64,000 nucleotides of DNA from Candidatus Woesearchaeota archaeon (GTDB lineage: Archaea > Nanobdellota > Nanobdellia > Woesearchaeales > UBA10216), in assembly GCA_016180085.1 (NCBI GenBank), contig JACPBX010000003.1, forward strand, positions 32,001 through 96,000, written 5' to 3'. How positions within the stretch are numbered: position 1 is the first letter of the stretch; the number at the start of each line of letters is the position of its first letter. The position numbers and the translations under genes were made by a program. This document shows positions 58,773 through 64,000 of the stretch, in pieces. The notes below the pieces were generated by a model. It worked only from the letters and a program-made list of their open reading frames with translations. It did no database searches and was not told the origin of the DNA.

Positions 58773-60572
58773 ATGAAGCTGTCTGACTATGTTGTGGAGT
58801 TTTTGGTTGAGCAGGGCATAAGGCACGTTTTTCTAGTTTCAGGAGGGGCGGTTGCGCACCTTGTTGATTCAGCAGCAAGAAACCCCAGAATGACTTACGT
58901 GTGCCCTGAGCATGAGCAGAACGCAGGCTCTGCTGCTGATGCCTATGCGAGGATAACGGGGAAGATGGGTGCCGTGTTCACGACGAGCGGGCCTGGCGCC
59001 ACCAACCTTGTGACGAGCGTTTGCAACTCATATTTTGACTCAATCCCTGTTATTTTCATCACAGGCCAGGTTGCGACATTCCGCATAAGGCCCAGCGAGA
59101 GGCTTCGCCAGAAGGGCTTTCAGGAAACCGATGTTATTTCCATATTTAAGTCAATCACCAAATACTCGATACAGCTCAGGAAAGCAGAGGACATCAAGTT
59201 CGTCCTTCAGGAAGCTGTCCATGCAGCCACGTCAGGGAGGATGGGTCCTGTCCTTGTTGATATTCCTGATGATTTGCAAAGGGTCGAGATTGACCCTGAA
59301 AAGCTTCGGGATTTTAAGCCTTTGGCTGCCCAGGCAGGTGCAGTAAACCCGGCAAATGACCTGTCAGCTGTTAAGGATGTCTTTGCAGCCATAAGGTCTG
59401 CGAAAAGGCCTGTGCTTATCCTCGGCGCGGGCATCAGGCTTTCAGGCACAGTTCCTGAAGCCCTGAAGTTTGCCGAGCATTTCCGCATTCCGTTCCTTTT
59501 GACGTGGGGCGCTATGGACATGGTTGAGCACGGCTATGAGCTTAACATGGGCGGTGTTGGCGTTTGCGGCCCAAGAGGAGGTAATTTTGCAGCCCAGACG
59601 TCAGACCTTGTTGTTGCGCTTGGCACAAGGCTTTCCCAGATGATTACAGGCGGCAAGCAAAACCTTTTCGCTCCCTATGCGAAAAAAATCATGGTTGACG
59701 TTGATGCTGAGGAGCTTAACAAGTTCTCGCCAAGCGATGTTGTCCTTGACGTGAAAATCAGCTGTGGCCTCAGGGATTTTTTTGCAGAATGCGAAAGGCT
59801 TTACAGCGGCACCGGCCCTGCCGAAAAGGGCAGGCTGAAGGAGTGGAGGCAGCAAATCAATGAGTGGAGAATGAAATACCCAATCTGTCCCGGGTCAAAC
59901 TACGGCAGGAAGGAAAGGGTTGATGCATACGTTTTTATCAGGGAGCTGTCAAAGGCAGCCAAGGAAGGTGATGTCATTTTCACCGATGCAGGCGGCAACC
60001 TGAGCCAGACCATGCAGGCCTTCGAAGTGAAAAAAGGCCAGCGCCTCATCTCAGCCTGGAACCACTCGCCCATGGGCTATGCGCTTCCTGCAGCCATTGG
60101 CGCTGCGTTTGCAATCGGCCAAGGCAGCGGCAAGGACATCCTGTGCATCATCGGCGATGGCGGCATTATGATGTGCCTTGAGGAGCTTGCGGTTATTGCC
60201 AAGCACAACCTTCCAATAAAAATTTTCGTTTTTAACAACCATGGCCATGCAATCCAGAAGCAGACCATCGATACCTGGCTTAACTCGCATTACGTGGCTG
60301 TTGACGAGTCTTCCGGCCTTGCTTTCGCTGATTTTGACAAAATCGGCCCGGCCTTCGGGCTTCCGGCTGTTGCCATAAGAAACCACGAAGAGCTTAAGGC
60401 AAAGCTTGGCAAGGTCCTTGGCGCCAAGGGCCCTGTGCTGTGCAATGTTGAGATTGCTGTAGACCAGAGGATTGTTCCGATGCTCAGGTTTGGCGCAGGC
60501 ATTGAGGACCTGGACCCAAAACTGCCTAAGGAAGAGGTTGAGGCAATCATGGCTGTTGGCAGGAAAAGGTAA
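58773..60572 (+). CDS. Thiamine-diphosphate-dependent enzyme (acetolactate synthase-like; YerE type possible)
   Basis: HEQNAGSAADAYAR, TSGPGATN, ITGQV, GPVLVDIP, GDGGIMM...VFNN ThDP motif. Confidence 0.92.
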   Translation: MKLSDYVVEFLVEQGIRHVFLVSGGAVAHLVDSAARNPRMTYVCPEHEQNAGSAADAYARITGKMGAVFTTSGPGATNLVTSVCNSYFDSIPVIFITGQVATFRIRPSERLRQKGFQETDVISIFKSITKYSIQLRKAEDIKFVLQEAVHAATSGRMGPVLVDIPDDLQRVEIDPEKLRDFKPLAAQAGAVNPANDLSAVKDVFAAIRSAKRPVLILGAGIRLSGTVPEALKFAEHFRIPFLLTWGAMDMVEHGYELNMGGVGVCGPRGGNFAAQTSDLVVALGTRLSQMITGGKQNLFAPYAKKIMVDVDAEELNKFSPSDVVLDVKISCGLRDFFAECERLYSGTGPAEKGRLKEWRQQINEWRMKYPICPGSNYGRKERVDAYVFIRELSKAAKEGDVIFTDAGGNLSQTMQAFEVKKGQRLISAWNHSPMGYALPAAIGAAFAIGQGSGKDILCIIGDGGIMMCLEELAVIAKHNLPIKIFVFNNHGHAIQKQTIDTWLNSHYVAVDESSGLAFADFDKIGPAFGLPAVAIRNHEELKAKLGKVLGAKGPVLCNVEIAVDQRIVPMLRFGAGIEDLDPKLPKEEVEAIMAVGRKR

Positions 60573-60577
60573 GAAAA

Positions 60578-61621
60578 ATGGGAAATGAAGACGTTATTTC
60601 AGCAGTGAAATCAAAGTATCCGCTTTCCAGGCTCAAGGAGATGCTTGAGGGCCTTGGAAGTGTTAAGGCGATGGTGGTGGGCGATACCATAATTGACGAG
60701 TATCACTTCACAATCCCGAAGGGCAGGGCCACGAAGGACCCTATTTTGTCCGTTGACTACATCAACCACGAGGTTTATGCCGGCGGCATTTTGGCAATTG
60801 CCAACCATGTCAGCAACTTTGTTGGCAGCGTTACGTGCGTAACGCTTCTGGGTAATAAGGACGACAGGAAGGGCTTTGTTGAAGGCTCGCTTAACAGGAA
60901 CGTTACCCTGAAATCCTTTATGAAGGAGAACTCACCTACAACTGTTAAAAAGCGCTATCTGAACTATCTTCGCAACGAAAAGCTGTTTAAGGTTGAGTAC
61001 ATTAACGACAGGCCCATATCTGAAAAGCTTGAGGCTGAACTGATAGCTTTCCTTAATGTTGAGCTGCCCAGGCACGACCTTGTCCTGGTCGGTGACTTTG
61101 GCCACGGCATGATAACCCCGGCAATTATTGAGGTATTGGAGAAAAAGGCGAAATACCTTTGTGTCAATGCGCAGAGCAACAGCTCAAACCTGGGCTTCAA
61201 CTTTGTGACAAGGTATCATTTGCCCGCTTTTGTGACAATGGACGTCCAGGAGCTCCAGTACGCTGTTGGCGACAGGTTCAGCCCCATGCCTGTCCTTATT
61301 CAGAAGCTGCACGAAAAGGCAGGCTTTAACAAGTTCCTCGTGACTATGGGCAAGGATGGCGCTGGCTTCTTCAGCAGCGGCAGGCTTTCTTTTTTCCCTG
61401 CCTTTGTGACAAGGCCTCAGGACACTGTCGGGGCTGGCGACGCTGTCTTTTCCATCGCATCCCTTTTCTCCTACAGCAGCCATGATGAGCTGATTCCCTT
61501 CATTGCCAACTGCGTGGGAGGGATTGCTGTTTCGTACATGGGCAACAAGGAGTTCATAACCAGGAACGCGCTTGTCAGCTTTGTTGAAGAAGTGTATAAT
61601 GGCAATACGAAGGTGCGGTGA
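60578..61621 (+). CDS. PfkB-family sugar kinase (HldE kinase-domain-like)
   Basis: VVGDTIIDEY, YAGG...ANH, DFGHG, VTMGKDG, DTVGAGDA. Confidence 0.9.
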   Translation: MGNEDVISAVKSKYPLSRLKEMLEGLGSVKAMVVGDTIIDEYHFTIPKGRATKDPILSVDYINHEVYAGGILAIANHVSNFVGSVTCVTLLGNKDDRKGFVEGSLNRNVTLKSFMKENSPTTVKKRYLNYLRNEKLFKVEYINDRPISEKLEAELIAFLNVELPRHDLVLVGDFGHGMITPAIIEVLEKKAKYLCVNAQSNSSNLGFNFVTRYHLPAFVTMDVQELQYAVGDRFSPMPVLIQKLHEKAGFNKFLVTMGKDGAGFFSSGRLSFFPAFVTRPQDTVGAGDAVFSIASLFSYSSHDELIPFIANCVGGIAVSYMGNKEFITRNALVSFVEEVYNGNTKVR

Positions 61622-61645
61622 TTATAGCGCTTATCGCTTACTTCG

Positions 61646-62794
61646 TCATCTTTCCATTACCTTGTCAAACTCGTTCTTCAGCTCTTCATAGCTTTTGTCT
61701 GTGACGTCGATGAATGCAGCATTGGCGTTCCGTGCCATGCCGGCGTCGTCTTCGCTGTTGCCGATAACGGCTGCCTTGTCAAACTCCTTTATGTTCTTGC
61801 CCAGCTGCTGTAAGGCCTGCAGCAGCATCTCGGGGCTCGGCTTCCTTTTTGTTTTCTTTTTTACAAAATCCGGGTTGAAATTAGCTTCTTTCTGTAAGGC
61901 GGCATAGTCCGCATCAGCGTCTGGGCAGTATTGCCAGTTGTTTATTATAACACCTTTTCTTCTCAATAATTCATGAATGTGCTTGTTTACAGCTTCAACT
62001 TTTTCCGCATCAAAATAGCCCCTGGCAACTCCCTGCTGATTTGAAATAACGACCCTGACAGTGTCGTACTTTGTCTGTATGTAGATGAGCAAGTCAACAA
62101 CTTCTTTCTTTAGCTTTATCTGATCTCTCCAGTTAGAGTCTTTGCCCAGAAAATTAACCTTCTCCACCAATGTGCCGTCCCTGTCAATCACCAGCAGCAC
62201 TTTTTCGCTCTTTGCATTTTCCTGTATGTGCCTGATGATGGCCGTTGTTGACATTTTCTGGTCTGTGGTATACTTTATTTCGCCGCCAACAGCCTTTATC
62301 GCTTCTCTCTCGGAAGTGATTCCTGGTGTTGTCTTTTCAGCAAAATCGGGCCCTTTTATGTAATAGGCAGGTTTTAGCATTTTAATCAGGTCGGTTGCTT
62401 TCTCAAAGTCGCTGACAATCACGTAGTCAACATACCGGATGCTTGCAACTGAATAAGCCCTTAATGCCTCTGAGAAGATTGGCCTGCCGCTGCCTTTCCT
62501 GGCTGCCACAAACCTGTCTGCGGTTACTGCAACAAAAAGGCAGTCGCAAAGCTTTTTTGCTGATTCCAGGTGCTTTATGTGACCTGGATGAAGAAGGTCA
62601 AAGCCGCCGTTGCAAAGCCCGGCTTTCCTTCCCTGCTTCCTCAGCTCCTCGCTTTTTTCCACAGCCTCGGCAAGGCTTATGACCTTGTCGGACCTGTAGT
62701 TTTTGGGTGAGTCTTCCTTTATCATCTGCAATGCAGCCCTATTTGCCGCCTCCGCCTCCTGCAAGCTTTTTAACCTTCCTGATAATTGCTTCAA
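61646..62794 (-). CDS. Fusion of HldE-like nucleotidyltransferase and GmhB-like HAD phosphatase
   Basis: NGGFDLLHPGH, KGSGRP, YIKGPD, STTAII; then VIDRDGTL, ISNQQGVARG, RKPSPEML, IGNSEDD. Confidence 0.88.
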   Translation of the reverse strand: MKQLSGRLKSLQEAEAANRAALQMIKEDSPKNYRSDKVISLAEAVEKSEELRKQGRKAGLCNGGFDLLHPGHIKHLESAKKLCDCLFVAVTADRFVAARKGSGRPIFSEALRAYSVASIRYVDYVIVSDFEKATDLIKMLKPAYYIKGPDFAEKTTPGITSEREAIKAVGGEIKYTTDQKMSTTAIIRHIQENAKSEKVLLVIDRDGTLVEKVNFLGKDSNWRDQIKLKKEVVDLLIYIQTKYDTVRVVISNQQGVARGYFDAEKVEAVNKHIHELLRRKGVIINNWQYCPDADADYAALQKEANFNPDFVKKKTKRKPSPEMLLQALQQLGKNIKEFDKAAVIGNSEDDAGMARNANAAFIDVTDKSYEELKNEFDKVMER

Positions 62795-63476
62795 GCCAGA
62801 CTTCGGCGAATAGTTTGGGTATGAAGGCCGTTACCCCTAATATGTTTTTCGCCCTGAACATCTTTGAGCTGGGCTTCGGCGCTATGTTGACTGGTATTTC
62901 CTCATAGCTGTGGCCCCGGCGGAGCAGCCTTACAAGTATTTCCGCCTGGAAGGCGTAGCTGTTGGTTGTTATCCTTGCCTGCCTTGCGAGGCTTGTTTCA
63001 TAGCACACCATCCCGAGATAATATTTCAGCCTCAGCCCGAAGAGCACGTTGAGTGTTGTTGTGAACATTGTTGATATCAGCCTTCTGTCTACTGGCCTTG
63101 TTTCCCTGTTGGCAACATATGCTACGATGATGTCTTTTTCGCCAACGTGCTGCAGGAATGCCTTCACTGATTCGGGTGGTATGCCGCCGCTGCCAGGCAG
63201 AATCATGATGTACTTTTTGGCTGCAGCTGTAAGCCCTGCGCGGTAGCTGTAGCCGACGTTCATGTTTTTCCTGTTGTGGATGACCCTTATCCTGTGGTTT
63301 TCCCTTGCAAGCCGGTCTGCCATCTCTGGCGTTTTGTCAGTGCTTCCGTCATCAAGGATTATTAGTTCGTAGTCGTTGAACACGCTGCCGACAGCTTCAA
63401 TGATGTTCCTGACCGCTGCTGAAAGGTTTCTTTCCTCGTTATATGCAGAGATTAGGATGGTTATTGACCTTTCCAT
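62739..63476 (-). CDS. Glycosyltransferase family 2
   Basis: SAYNEE, ILDDGSTD, AFQAEILVR. Confidence 0.9.
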   Translation of the reverse strand: MERSITILISAYNEERNLSAAVRNIIEAVGSVFNDYELIILDDGSTDKTPEMADRLARENHRIRVIHNRKNMNVGYSYRAGLTAAAKKYIMILPGSGGIPPESVKAFLQHVGEKDIIVAYVANRETRPVDRRLISTMFTTTLNVLFGLRLKYYLGMVCYETSLARQARITTNSYAFQAEILVRLLRRGHSYEEIPVNIAPKPSSKMFRAKNILGVTAFIPKLFAEVWLEAIIRKVKKLAGGGGGK

Positions 63477-63516
63477 GCTGTCATGCTCCCACATAGCTAT
63501 GTTATTAATTAAGCTG

Positions 63517-64000
63517 TTAGAATGGCCCCGTGAAGCTCGGGTCTGGCACGTCGGGCTTGGCAGGCAGCTTCTGCCTCTCTGACTCGGCTATGGCTTTCGC
63601 CTGCCCTTCCGGCACATTTGCCAGCTCGCACACCTCTTTTATTATGTCGATGTGCGATGGATAATAATGCTTGCTCAACGCATGGCTCGTTGGTGTCGGG
63701 ATGTCCGGCAGCGTCACCCTTTTTGGCGCTGCTTTCAGCCTGCCAAACAAGGATTTGTTTTCGCTGACCCTCGCTATGATATCGCCTGCAAGCCCGCCTG
63801 AGTAGTAGCCTGAGTCGATGACAAGGAGCTTGCCTGTTTTTTCAACGCTCTGCCTGATTGTTTCGAAGTCCAGAGGCTTTATCGTCCTTAAGTCTATGAT
63901 TTCAGGGCTTACTTTCCCGGCCAGTGCATTTGCCGCTTTCATAGCCTGAACAGTCATGTAAGAGCTTGTTACGATTGTCACGTCTTTTCCTTCCCTGAGC
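63517..64000 (-). CDS. Transketolase C-terminal / 2-oxoacid dehydrogenase E1 beta-like subunit (5'-partial)
   Basis: REGKDVTIV, EIIDLRTIKPLD, SVEKTGKLLVID, PKRVTLPDIPTP; frame stays open to the window end. Confidence 0.9.
   Translation of the reverse strand, partial: LREGKDVTIVTSSYMTVQAMKAANALAGKVSPEIIDLRTIKPLDFETIRQSVEKTGKLLVIDSGYYSGGLAGDIIARVSENKSLFGRLKAAPKRVTLPDIPTPTSHALSKHYYPSHIDIIKEVCELANVPEGQAKAIAESERQKLPAKPDVPDPSFTGPF

Overview
Archaeal chromosomal segment, most consistent with a DPANN (Woesearchaeota-like) lineage. This is an inference from TTTAWATA boxes about 25 bp upstream of near-leaderless genes, a stand-alone 5S rRNA, a Fap7/AK6-type kinase and large CARDB/Cys-rich surface proteins. 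Layout: (1) 1-12.5 kb, S8 protease, a 1892-aa surface protein, a beta-propeller protein and a membrane-anchored ArsR regulator. (2) 12.6-21.3 kb, adenylate kinase, a coiled-coil/wHTH gene carrying 11-bp-period palindromic arrays, a short NFACT/Rqc2, two paralogous PIN proteins, 5S rRNA and an RHH-nucleotidyltransferase fusion. (3) 21.4-64 kb, a large surface-glycan cluster (ugd, intein-containing gmd, rmd, rmlAB, flippase, rfbFG, GTs, TPP enzymes, HldE/GmhB-like enzymes) with one tRNA(CAG). An AT-richer block at 32.2-43.8 kb interrupts the glycan cluster. It holds the strongest candidate for an undescribed system: a secreted 1150-aa protein ending in an alpha/beta-hydrolase, a membrane protein, an orphan variant of the same C-terminus, a second membrane protein, and a third truncated cassette. 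All three copies share a 303-bp anchor repeat, an architecture like a polymorphic toxin/immunity cassette array. All product calls come from motif recognition by eye; no database searches were run.
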